From a virus: 42,298 nt of DNA. The stretch spans positions 86,339-128,636 of IMG/VR virus record IMGVR_UViG_3300046710_000057. One strand, given 5' to 3'. Both the position numbers and the translations under genes were made by a program. Positions within the stretch are counted from its first letter, which is position 1; each line of letters begins with the position of its first letter. This document shows positions 1-8,899 of the stretch, piece after piece. The notes beneath the pieces are model-generated. The model saw only the letters and a list, made by a program, of their open reading frames with translations, was not told the origin of the DNA and ran no database searches.

Positions 1-2
1 AG

Positions 3-677
3 ATTCCTTGGCCTTGGCTCCAAACGGCTATGTACCCTGTGGTAGTAGACCCAACAACGTACTATGGGGCAGCAGATGACGGATATATATACGGACAAGG
101 TTTAGCAGCCGTTGCTCATGCTACTTCATATGGTTCTGATGCAACCTCAACAGTTTTCAGGGTTGGAGTGGAAGTTGCTTCCGGCGTAAATACGTTTTGG
201 CGTTCGTTTCTTAGTTTTGTCACATCTGGCATAACTGCTAACTACATTGTGACTGCTGCTACATTACAAGTGCAATGTTATGGAGCAACTAGCGGAGGTA
301 GCAACATGTGTTATCTCAAACAATGCAATTGGGCAACATCGCTTTCTGCGAATAGAGAAGCAGATTATGATGCTTGCGACGCTGCTGACAACGATTTATG
401 GCAAAAAAACATAAACGCTATGGGTTCAAATGCCAAATATATATATGCTGTTGACCTGTCGTATATAAAAACGGCAGGCACTACGAAATATGCTTTCAAG
501 TGTGAACTGGATAGTGGTGGTTATCTGGCACCAATGGCATCGTATGTTGACTTTTTCTCGTTTGGCTCTGCTACTCAAGCAAGTAGACCTCAACTTTCGA
601 TAACAGCAGTTATGGCTTCACGACCTGAAGGCAAAAAGCTGTTCGGATATATTCATCCAAGAAAACATCAAATCTAA
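3..677 (+). CDS. 5'-truncated virion/appendage protein with C-terminal DNRLRE/CBM96-like beta-sandwich domain
   Basis: The frame is open from base 3 (IPWPWLQTAMYPVVVDPT), so the ATG at 30 is probably internal. The WL..A.YPV.VDPT linker is followed by D.YI...RSFLSF...ATL...F.S.....RPQL.I, the pattern of DNRLRE-type domains. Confidence 0.55.
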   Translation: MPWPWLQTAMYPVVVDPTTYYGAADDGYIYGQGLAAVAHATSYGSDATSTVFRVGVEVASGVNTFWRSFLSFVTSGITANYIVTAATLQVQCYGATSGGSNMCYLKQCNWATSLSANREADYDACDAADNDLWQKNINAMGSNAKYIYAVDLSYIKTAGTTKYAFKCELDSGGYLAPMASYVDFFSFGSATQASRPQLSITAVMASRPEGKKLFGYIHPRKHQI

Positions 678-691
678 GGAGGGAAACAAAC

Positions 692-1156
692 ATGGCAGGA
701 ATACTCGCGCAAGCTGTAACCGGAGAGGTTGCAATTGCCAAGAACGTCACAAAGACTCCATTGCAGATTGTGGCTGCTGCGAACCATAGAATCAAGGTAT
801 CGCAGTTTGGCATTTTCTTCAAAGGTGTCGCGGTTACTGACCCACCAGTCTTAGTTAAAGTTGTTCGTCAAACTGACGCTGGAACAACTTCAGCTTTGAC
901 TCCGGTTAAGAACAACACGGAAGACGGTGAAACACTCCAAACGACTGCTAGGCATACGGCTACTGCCGAACCAACCACTACTGACGTAGTGTATTCGGCG
1001 GAAGTCCATCCTCAGTCTGGTTGGCAAGTGATATTCCCATTTGGACAAGAGATCATTGTCCCTGGTGGAACACGTCTCGGTATCAGTGTATCAACACACG
1101 CTACCATTCCTGATGGCGGACATACGTGTGTTGCGTTCATGGCGTTTGAGGAATAA
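692..1156 (+). CDS. hypothetical virion structural protein (154 aa, beta-rich)
   Basis: Strong SD AAGGAGG at ~676-682. The stop overlaps the next start (TAATG). Thr/Val-rich, beta-strand-like sequence among fibre genes. Confidence 0.6.
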   Translation: MAGILAQAVTGEVAIAKNVTKTPLQIVAAANHRIKVSQFGIFFKGVAVTDPPVLVKVVRQTDAGTTSALTPVKNNTEDGETLQTTARHTATAEPTTTDVVYSAEVHPQSGWQVIFPFGQEIIVPGGTRLGISVSTHATIPDGGHTCVAFMAFEE

Positions 1157-4100
1157 TGGGAAAAATCCTATGGCCTGTGTCCGAACTAAACCCCAAGGTA
1201 AGTTTTGGAGGCGGCACTGGGAAAAAGGCATACACTCAAGCGTCGGCTTTTGGTGTCGGCCTTGCCCCAGCATTAGTGCGAGCGCGTGACGTTCCGCGAA
1301 ACATTGCGGCGACGGTCACACTTGCACCCACTCAGACACGAGTCAGGAAAGTTCCTCGAATAATAGCACTGGCGGTTAGTTTATCCTCGGCATTGACGCG
1401 GATTCGAGACGTGCCTAGATCAGCAGGATTAACTATTGGGTTGTCTTTCACAACAGTAAGACTTCGCGCTATATTGCGAGCATTGGTATTGACGATTGGA
1501 TTGTCGTCTATATTATCAAGAGTGCGCAACATTCCTCGATCTATTGCCGTTGGTGTTGGATTAGCACTGTCCAGAGGACGATTGTTCAAGGCAATCAGGA
1601 GTATTTCGGCTACTGTTGGGTTGTCGTCTGCATTAACGAGGATGCGTAGTGTTCCTCGGTCTGTTGCCGTCACTGTGTCGCTCGTAATTGCTACTCTACG
1701 AGCACGAAAGATTCCGCGTACTGCTGATGTCGCTTTGTCATTGACGACTGGATGTAGCAGATTAGCGACGATTATAAGGTCTGAGGCTATCGGTATATCA
1801 GTAGGAATTGTTAAATCTGCACAAACTACTATTCAACGAGCAATAGATTTGGCGATTACATTGGCTAACGATGTGTCTCGTCCTCTTGCGATTATCCGAA
1901 TTGCCCTTGTTGATATGGCAGTCGATGGAGCAATTGGTGTTCTGAATGGTTTTCGACGTGCCGTTAGTATTACGTTATCTGCCGCAGTCGCTATCGGTCA
2001 GTCCAGAGGTTATCTTAGGCAGATTGTGGCAACAGTCAATGCCAACCTTGCATCAAGCCGAATTGCTGCTTTTAGCAGACTGGCTACGGTTGGTCTAACA
2101 GTCAGTCACATTGCCGGTCGTATTCGGAGTATGGTTCGATCTGCTGCTACTACTGTCACGGCCACCATTTCAGCAAACCGACTGGTTGCTATCATTCGTA
2201 ACGTTGATATGCACTTCCACACGTTTATCAACGTTGACAGAATCGGCGAATACTACACATATCTGTCTACCGCACTGTCAGTTGCCGTCTCATCTAGTAG
2301 ACTGACGAAGATCATCCGAACACTTGCAGTGACGGTTGGTTCTTTGGTCGCAGGAACAAGAATTGCCACCTACCATTATGCTAAGTCTGTAGCTTTGACG
2401 CTTGCAACGAGCGTGAGTAGATTCCAGGGTTTCTTACGCAATCTGACTGTGGATTTGGGAGTTCTTGTAGAGAAAACCAGATTAGCCGCATTGCACCAGC
2501 TTATTGAGATCGGTCTAACACTAAGTAGCGGTGTGGGTAGGATTCGCAAGATTGTACGCATCGTCTTAGTTGGGATTGCACTGGCTGGGTCTGTGGTCAG
2601 AACTGCGGCATATTACCGACTGCATGGTATCGTCGTCACGTTGAGTACTGGCACGAGTAGACTGCGGAGTTCGCTTCGTAGTTTGACTGCTGATCTAGGC
2701 GTCCTTGTAGAACAAGCTCGATCTGCTACTTTTAGCCGACTTGCTTTGGCAGGTTTGACGATAAGCCATTCTATAGGTCGTGTTCGGAGAATCCTTCGAT
2801 CTATTGCTGTTGGGGTATCTACTGCCATTTCAGTAACAAGGTTGACTGAGATTATCAGGTCGATTTCAGTTGCTCTTTCAACTTCTTTGATCGTCACAAG
2901 GGCGAGAGACATACTCCGGTCTGTTGCTGTTGGAGTATCTGCTGCGATCACAAACAGTCGGCTGGTCAAAGTTGTTAGATTGATTGATACGCACTTCCAC
3001 ACGTTTATCAACGTTGATAGAATAGGTGAATATTACGAGTATGTCATCACCTCTCTATCGGCATTGGTTTCTGCCAGCAGACTGACCAAAATTGGACGTA
3101 CGATTACAGTAATAGTCAGTTCTATGGTTACAGCATCGAGGACGGTCACTTACCATTGCACAGAGTCGATTGCACTGAGTCTGGAACTGGGGATTACTCG
3201 TTTTCAGGGTTTCTTGCGCAATCTGATTGTAGATTTGGGAGTTCTTGTAGGACAAATCCGATCTGCTGCCTTCAAACGACTTGCTGAGGTAGGGCTGACA
3301 TTGAGCCAAGTTGTAGATCGTGCTCGAAAAGTCCTTCGATCTGTGGCAGAAGATATAACAGCCACTTTGTCGGTGAATCGGCTTTCTGGCATTCTTCGGA
3401 ATGTCGATCTACAACTTGGCTTGAATGCCATAGGAGAGGCGGCTGCTAAGGCAGTTGCTTTCATCACGGTTACGCTGACTATGGCTGTCAGTGCCAGTCG
3501 GATTGCCATTATTAAGCGAGCAGTAAGTGTGGGGATGTCATTTGCGGCAGTAGGCAACCGAATTACTAAGGTTGCTCGCTCGGTCAGCATTGCACTTTTG
3601 CTAGTGGTCAGTGTATCTCGGTTGCGAGCAGTCGTTCGTAGCATAATATCTGCACTAAGCCTTTCTGTTGCAGCGAATCGACTTGTGGTAGCCATACGGT
3701 CGATCAACGTGTCGATTACACTATCACAGTTGACGACCAATCTCCGTCGAGCGATTCGTACTGCGGCAGTTGCCATTGGCACTGCGGTAGAGGCCACTAG
3801 GATATTGACGGCTAACAGGATAGCCACTATTATGCTGTCTGTGATAGCTGGGGCTTCCAAGGTACGCAGTGTGCTCCGAAACCTGAGCATAGATGCGATT
3901 ATAGCCATACAGCCTTCAAGAATCGTCGAATATATCAGATCAATCAATTTGCAGTTGCAGTTGGCATCGGTAATTACAAAACTCGGCGAGTACATCACAT
4001 ACGCGATGGTCACCCTGTCCGCAGGAGTCCAGGCAGACAGACGAGTTGTTGCTTTGCGGTTGGTTGAGATCGGCGTATCTATTGGCAATGCGGTTGGTCG

Positions 4101-5139
4101 GTTAAGAGCGGTCACACGTACTATTCTTCTCGGTATAGCGAGTATTCCATCGGCTGCACGACGCCTGAACGCTATCAGGTCTAGTACTGCGTCTGTTGTG
4201 TTGGACGCCATTGCCGACAGAATCGCTGAAGTTATTCGTTGGGCCGATGCTACGGCTGAGATGTCGGTACTTGCAGATCGAATGGCAGACCTCAAGCGAG
4301 AAATCGCTGTGGCGCTGAACCTGTCTAGCATACTCGATAGATTAGCCAGGTATACCCAAATAATTCAGACTTCATTGAGTCTGTCTGCGTTGTCTGAGCG
4401 GATTGCTGGGTTCAGACGATCTGCCAGTTCTGCTTTGAGTCTGAGTTTGATAACCAGTCGATTGAGAGCGGCGATTCGATTCGTCAGTCTTGGAGTGGAT
4501 GTAGAAAACGCAGTAAATCGACTAGCATATGTGATTCGCAACATATCTGTTGCGCTACATTCGTCTATTTCTGTGTTGCGAATATTTGGCGCGAAACGCA
4601 TAGCTGCGGCAGCAATTTCGATCTCGACGGCGACCACCAGATTGAGACAGGTCATCAGGAACGTTTCTACGATCATAACCGTAGGGTTAGATGCAGCGCG
4701 TAGAGCTATCGTAACTCGCTCGATTGTCATATCGACATCATTGAGGCTTCAGACACGTCGGATAGCGCAGTTTACCAGAAGTACTACTGACTCACTTTTG
4801 GTGAATATTAGTCGGACCAGTTCGGCATTTTTCTCGCGTATCGTAAATATCAATGTAGGAGTCAGAGTCGTACGTAGCCGTCTGGTCGCTGCTATTCGGA
4901 ATCTCTCTATACAATTCAATGTCCATATGAGAGGGAGAAAGATTTGGTTCTACGTTACCGATCTTACCTCTTCCCTTATGGTAACATTGAGCGGTAGTCG
5001 AATTGCAAAGGCAGTTCGGACAGGACGAGCAGCAATAACAGCATCAGTTGGCATCGCGACATTCAATTTCAGTTTGGCGTTGAAGTGGCTTCTAAACCGT
5101 TTCAACAGAATAGTAGGTAGACACATTGGGCCTGATTAA
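1156..5139 (+). CDS. long fibre-like protein built from ~60 tandem 20-aa Arg/aliphatic repeats
   Basis: Consecutive exact 20-mers: ARDVPRNIAATVTLAPTQTR / VRKVPRIIALAVSLSSALTR / IRDVPRSAGLTIGLSFTTVR / LRAILRALVLTIGLSSILSR. Translationally coupled to the upstream gene. Confidence 0.7.
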   Translation: MGKILWPVSELNPKVSFGGGTGKKAYTQASAFGVGLAPALVRARDVPRNIAATVTLAPTQTRVRKVPRIIALAVSLSSALTRIRDVPRSAGLTIGLSFTTVRLRAILRALVLTIGLSSILSRVRNIPRSIAVGVGLALSRGRLFKAIRSISATVGLSSALTRMRSVPRSVAVTVSLVIATLRARKIPRTADVALSLTTGCSRLATIIRSEAIGISVGIVKSAQTTIQRAIDLAITLANDVSRPLAIIRIALVDMAVDGAIGVLNGFRRAVSITLSAAVAIGQSRGYLRQIVATVNANLASSRIAAFSRLATVGLTVSHIAGRIRSMVRSAATTVTATISANRLVAIIRNVDMHFHTFINVDRIGEYYTYLSTALSVAVSSSRLTKIIRTLAVTVGSLVAGTRIATYHYAKSVALTLATSVSRFQGFLRNLTVDLGVLVEKTRLAALHQLIEIGLTLSSGVGRIRKIVRIVLVGIALAGSVVRTAAYYRLHGIVVTLSTGTSRLRSSLRSLTADLGVLVEQARSATFSRLALAGLTISHSIGRVRRILRSIAVGVSTAISVTRLTEIIRSISVALSTSLIVTRARDILRSVAVGVSAAITNSRLVKVVRLIDTHFHTFINVDRIGEYYEYVITSLSALVSASRLTKIGRTITVIVSSMVTASRTVTYHCTESIALSLELGITRFQGFLRNLIVDLGVLVGQIRSAAFKRLAEVGLTLSQVVDRARKVLRSVAEDITATLSVNRLSGILRNVDLQLGLNAIGEAAAKAVAFITVTLTMAVSASRIAIIKRAVSVGMSFAAVGNRITKVARSVSIALLLVVSVSRLRAVVRSIISALSLSVAANRLVVAIRSINVSITLSQLTTNLRRAIRTAAVAIGTAVEATRILTANRIATIMLSVIAGASKVRSVLRNLSIDAIIAIQPSRIVEYIRSINLQLQLASVITKLGEYITYAMVTLSAGVQADRRVVALRLVEIGVSIGNAVGRLRAVTRTILLGIASIPSAARRLNAIRSSTASVVLDAIADRIAEVIRWADATAEMSVLADRMADLKREIAVALNLSSILDRLARYTQIIQTSLSLSALSERIAGFRRSASSALSLSLITSRLRAAIRFVSLGVDVENAVNRLAYVIRNISVALHSSISVLRIFGAKRIAAAAISISTATTRLRQVIRNVSTIITVGLDAARRAIVTRSIVISTSLRLQTRRIAQFTRSTTDSLLVNISRTSSAFFSRIVNINVGVRVVRSRLVAAIRNLSIQFNVHMRGRKIWFYVTDLTSSLMVTLSGSRIAKAVRTGRAAITASVGIATFNFSLALKWLLNRFNRIVGRHIGPD
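2180..3310 (+). repeat. internal 780-nt-offset duplication within the 20-aa repeat gene
   Basis: GCACTTCCACACGTTTATCAACGTTGA occurs at 2211 and 2991. The protein blocks HFHTFINVDRIGEYY...RFQGFLRNL.VDLGVLV repeat 260 aa apart. Confidence 0.9.
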
Positions 5140-5167
5140 CACCATCATAGGGAGGTGCAAGAAGAAA

Positions 5168-5653
5168 ATGAAGAAACAGGAAGACGAACAACCGAAGGTT
5201 GTATTCCACAACGTAGTCGAGATCGTCCACAGGCGGAATGGCAAGATTCTGTCTAGGGAGAAGAAGCGGAACATCATTGTCAATTCTGGAATTGACTGGC
5301 TCTGCGATCTTATGGGTGAAGCGGCTGGCACTCCAGCAGCCTACATAGGTCTGTCAAGTGCTGTCACCGCTCCTGACGCAGTGGATTCTGAGCTTCATGC
5401 TACAGAATATACCGACTTTGGTCTGGAGAGGGTTAATGCCGCTGCCAGTTATGCTCACGTCGATGGTGAAACTCACTACCATCTGAGTAACGAGTTTACT
5501 TGCGACACTGATGCCAAGACAGTTGCTTCGGCAGGTCTCTTCTTCGGTGCTGGCGCGAGTGCGCTGTTCGCTGGTGTAGCAATCACTTCGGTTACTCTTC
5601 AGACGGACGACACTCTGACTGTCAACTGGACTGTCACCATCAGCCAGTCGTAA
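5168..5653 (+). CDS. tail-collar/fibre-anchor-like structural protein
   Basis: GGAGG at 5151-5155 favours ATG 5168 over TTG 5126. The motifs NIIVNSG..W, YIGL....TAP...D..L, V..AGLF and DTLTVNWTVT resemble phage tail-collar fibre/minor tail domains. Confidence 0.6.
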   Translation: MKKQEDEQPKVVFHNVVEIVHRRNGKILSREKKRNIIVNSGIDWLCDLMGEAAGTPAAYIGLSSAVTAPDAVDSELHATEYTDFGLERVNAAASYAHVDGETHYHLSNEFTCDTDAKTVASAGLFFGAGASALFAGVAITSVTLQTDDTLTVNWTVTISQS

Positions 5654-5666
5654 GGAGTGGTTTCAC

Positions 5667-6449
5667 TTGCAACTGCCTTTGAATATTGGAGGTTGGATGC
5701 CGGTTCTCGTGAATCGGACATCCAATCTTCAAGGTATAACTGGCATTGTGTATGATGACCCCAATCTTGCTATCTCTTACAAGAAAGCAAGTGGGGTTTC
5801 GGTACAACTGACTCTTACCGCTAACATCTGGTTAGAGGTTGGTCATGGAGAGTATTGGGTATTCCTTGGTCCTACAATTTGTGACGTTGTGGGACTTTTG
5901 ACTATTCATTTGACTTATGTAGGTGCTCTGGACTATCCTGGCGCTGCTGAAGTTTTGAATGTTCCTGCCGATGGAGATTGGCTTGGAATGATCGTGACTG
6001 CATATGACGAGGATACACTTGGCGGTATCCTTGATCGAATCTATCAGCGTCTTGCTACAGGGACACTTAGAGTTATAGCGCCAGTTCAACAGGAGGGAGC
6101 AGTCGTGCAAATAATCAAAGGCGACGATTATTACAACGCCGACAGTAGAGCGTTGGAATGGTTAGAAGAAGACGGCACGGTAGGTTGGCCTGTATTGACC
6201 GGTGCGACCGTCACACTGGAAGTAGACGACAAAGAGTTTGCTGGAACAATCGTCACGGCAACAGGTTCCAACAAGAAGGTCCGATTTGAGTTGTCTGCTA
6301 CTCAGACCGCTTCATTATCTACTGGCATCCATTTGTTTTGGGTTAAGGCAGCACTTGTTACAACTCATCACAAGGTTACGTTGCGTACCGGCAAAGTCTA
6401 TGTCTCGGACAAGGTAACGCTTATAACGCCTGAAGTAGACGAGACATAA
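5667..6449 (+). CDS. putative virion structural protein, C-terminal BppU-like domain
   Basis: AAGGAG upstream of the TTG. The C-terminal IIKGDDY...LTGATVTL...VRFELSATQTASL..G...TLRTGKV pattern resembles BppU N-terminal-like domains. Confidence 0.5.
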   Translation: MQLPLNIGGWMPVLVNRTSNLQGITGIVYDDPNLAISYKKASGVSVQLTLTANIWLEVGHGEYWVFLGPTICDVVGLLTIHLTYVGALDYPGAAEVLNVPADGDWLGMIVTAYDEDTLGGILDRIYQRLATGTLRVIAPVQQEGAVVQIIKGDDYYNADSRALEWLEEDGTVGWPVLTGATVTLEVDDKEFAGTIVTATGSNKKVRFELSATQTASLSTGIHLFWVKAALVTTHHKVTLRTGKVYVSDKVTLITPEVDET

Positions 6450-6472
6450 CAGAAAAAGGCAGGTGAACCCCA

Positions 6473-7129
6473 ATGGCGAACCGCAATGCTGGCGAGGATA
6501 TGCGCAAAGCCATCGCTGAGGGTCGAGCGAAGCAGTGTACTGCCCATAAGAAAGACGGTACACAGTGCGGTCGTGTCGCCAGAGATGGTTATGATGTCTG
6601 TTCTAGTCACGGTGCTGGCACGTCCAAACGTGAAATTGAAGGCGTGCGCCAAAAACCAGGACGACCGATAGAGACCGGCCTTTACGCTCGTGAACTCCCT
6701 GATGACTTGGCATTGACTTATGATGAAGTCTTTGGCGATTTGACTCTGGTCCACGAAGTAGCACTTGCCAAGACGATGCTCCTCAGACTCCTCCGCCACC
6801 TCGAAGAAGACCCTGTGAATACTCCTACCGGTGAAGGTACGGAGATCAAGTTGGTTCCCAAGGACAAAGCCAAAACGAAAGAGGATATGTATTACCTCAT
6901 CAAGATGCTTGAGGCCGTTACCAAGACCGCTAATGCAGCGTTTGAGCAGTTACAAGGCAAGAAGATCACGGTGACTGTTCAGAACGACTCTGAAGAGATT
7001 ATCGCTATGGTTCGCTCATCTGTCGAGCGCGAGATCGCATTTATGGACAATATCTTGTGTCCAGATTGCCGCAATCGACTTGCTGACTCCTTACTTGAGC
7101 GCCAGCGCACGGTGATGGAAAATGGCTAA
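6473..7129 (+). CDS. putative terminase small subunit (HGGxSTG-like Cys/His domain)
   Basis: CTAHKKDGTQC..VA....VCSSHGAG, then GRP..TGLYA and L..EVALAK helices, as in HGGxSTG-domain TerS. No other TerS candidate lies upstream of TerL. Confidence 0.6.
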   Translation: MANRNAGEDMRKAIAEGRAKQCTAHKKDGTQCGRVARDGYDVCSSHGAGTSKREIEGVRQKPGRPIETGLYARELPDDLALTYDEVFGDLTLVHEVALAKTMLLRLLRHLEEDPVNTPTGEGTEIKLVPKDKAKTKEDMYYLIKMLEAVTKTANAAFEQLQGKKITVTVQNDSEEIIAMVRSSVEREIAFMDNILCPDCRNRLADSLLERQRTVMENG

Positions 7130-8897
7130 TTGGTACGTCTCTTGGGCAACTGGAGTTGATTTGACTGGCGATGGTACAGCAGCTTTACCATTCAAAACCA
7201 TTGACAAAGCTACGGCTGTTTGTTCAGCCAATGATGAAGTCCGAGTTGAAAAGAGCGGAGCCGGAACTGATATTGGTAGTTATGGTTTCACAGATGGTAG
7301 TGCTTATGCGTATCGTGCAGGCGATCATCACACAGATGTTGCCGCCAAAGATATTGTTGGTAATGACACAATAGGTTATTACCAAGTGTCTTCGGTATCT
7401 TACACTTCTCCGAATACCAGAATCACTCTTACATCGACGTTTCATGGAGCCGTTACCGGAACGTATGCTATTGTCAAGAACCCACATACTGATACCGGCA
7501 CAGCAGCAGCACAAGCAACAAACGTTCAATTGATAAGCGGAAGTGGGTCAGACACGAGCAATAGAATCAAGATTTCTGGTGGTTGGAACTTGGCAAATCC
7601 TGCCATACCAGTTCAAGACGGCATTACTCGGTTTTATCAATCAGGTGCTAACCAATATGGCACAGGACTCTATGCTACTGGAAAATCGCACATTGAAATA
7701 TCGAAGATCGAGTTTGCACGGTACTATATCGGACTATACATTGACGATGCAGTGAACTCTCACGATTTCAAAGTGAGCAATGTTAATGTATGGACAGCAG
7801 GGAGCACTGGAATAATCATCAAAGCCTCAGCGTGCGATTTTGATGACATTGACATACACGGTGTAATCACTCGTATGTTGGACATCCAAGGCGGTGGACT
7901 ACACACATTTACGAATATTCAGACAGAGTACTGTTATGGTGCGCTTAACAGTTCCGGTATATATATGTACCAAACACACCGGAACTCGTTTACGAACATT
8001 AAATTGTATGAATGTTCGTATGTCGCTGGGTTGTATCTCAGCGAGAGCAACTGCAATAAGTTCAATGGCGTTATAATCAGTCCAATAGCAGGAAACGGCA
8101 TTTTGCTTGAAAAAGCTGGTAACAACATCTTTGCTGGGACAACAGAGCTTTACAATGCCTACTCGCATCTCATTGCTGTAGATTCGCAAAGCCCAGGAAA
8201 CATCTTCTATGACGTGAACGGTCATGATCTAACGGCCAGTGGAGCTTGTGTTTTCTCTGCTCGTAGTGATGTAGTGTTCCACAAACTGCGTTCATGGACT
8301 AACATAAGTGGATGTGGGACAATCAGAAACGACGCAGTTGTTAGAATCCACGACTTCACGTATGGAGGATTTTATGCCAATACTCCAGACGACTTTTTGT
8401 TTGAATCCACTGATGTTTATGATGCGGCACACGAAGACGCAAGAGTGTTCATCACTAAGGTACAGAGTGACATTACAAGCAACATTGTGCATAGCAGACG
8501 TGGTTCTGCTATTACGGACACGGTAACCGTTAAGACAGCAGGCTCAGGCCATGTCTCATGGAAGATGACTCACAATACCATCGCTGCTGCCGCTACACCA
8601 TTCGAGATCGAGGTTGGCAAATATGGAGTTGCTGCTGGTGCAGAGGTGACGATCAATGTCTGGGTTAAGAAATCTGTAACTGGTATGACTGCTAGGTTGA
8701 TATGTAAGGGCGGTCAGTTGAATAACGTTGCAAGTGACGTTACTGATGATGCCGGTGCTACAACTGATTGGGACCAACTGGCGATCACAATGACTCCGAC
8801 AGAAGCAGGAGTTCTTACGTTCCACGTTCAGGTATGGGGTGGAAACGGCACTACTGATGCTGTCTATGTAGACGAAACGACGTTTGCGCAGGCGTAA
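7122..8897 (+). CDS. right-handed beta-helix (pectin-lyase fold) spike-like protein with C-terminal carbohydrate-binding-like domain
   Basis: N-terminal YVS...G.D..GDG...PFKTI motif (DUF1565-like), G(I/L)Y(I/L)..N.F.NI beta-helix coils, and a C-terminal jelly-roll (WDQLAITMTP...VYVD). Confidence 0.7.
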   Translation: MANWYVSWATGVDLTGDGTAALPFKTIDKATAVCSANDEVRVEKSGAGTDIGSYGFTDGSAYAYRAGDHHTDVAAKDIVGNDTIGYYQVSSVSYTSPNTRITLTSTFHGAVTGTYAIVKNPHTDTGTAAAQATNVQLISGSGSDTSNRIKISGGWNLANPAIPVQDGITRFYQSGANQYGTGLYATGKSHIEISKIEFARYYIGLYIDDAVNSHDFKVSNVNVWTAGSTGIIIKASACDFDDIDIHGVITRMLDIQGGGLHTFTNIQTEYCYGALNSSGIYMYQTHRNSFTNIKLYECSYVAGLYLSESNCNKFNGVIISPIAGNGILLEKAGNNIFAGTTELYNAYSHLIAVDSQSPGNIFYDVNGHDLTASGACVFSARSDVVFHKLRSWTNISGCGTIRNDAVVRIHDFTYGGFYANTPDDFLFESTDVYDAAHEDARVFITKVQSDITSNIVHSRRGSAITDTVTVKTAGSGHVSWKMTHNTIAAAATPFEIEVGKYGVAAGAEVTINVWVKKSVTGMTARLICKGGQLNNVASDVTDDAGATTDWDQLAITMTPTEAGVLTFHVQVWGGNGTTDAVYVDETTFAQA

Positions 8898-8899
8898 CT

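Noticed and set aside
3204-4331. 375-aa minus-strand ORF, and the other minus-strand ORFs in the track
   Set aside because: These are antisense shadows of repetitive or biased + strand genes. They show no recognisable motifs, and the + strand is already fully tiled by coupled genes.
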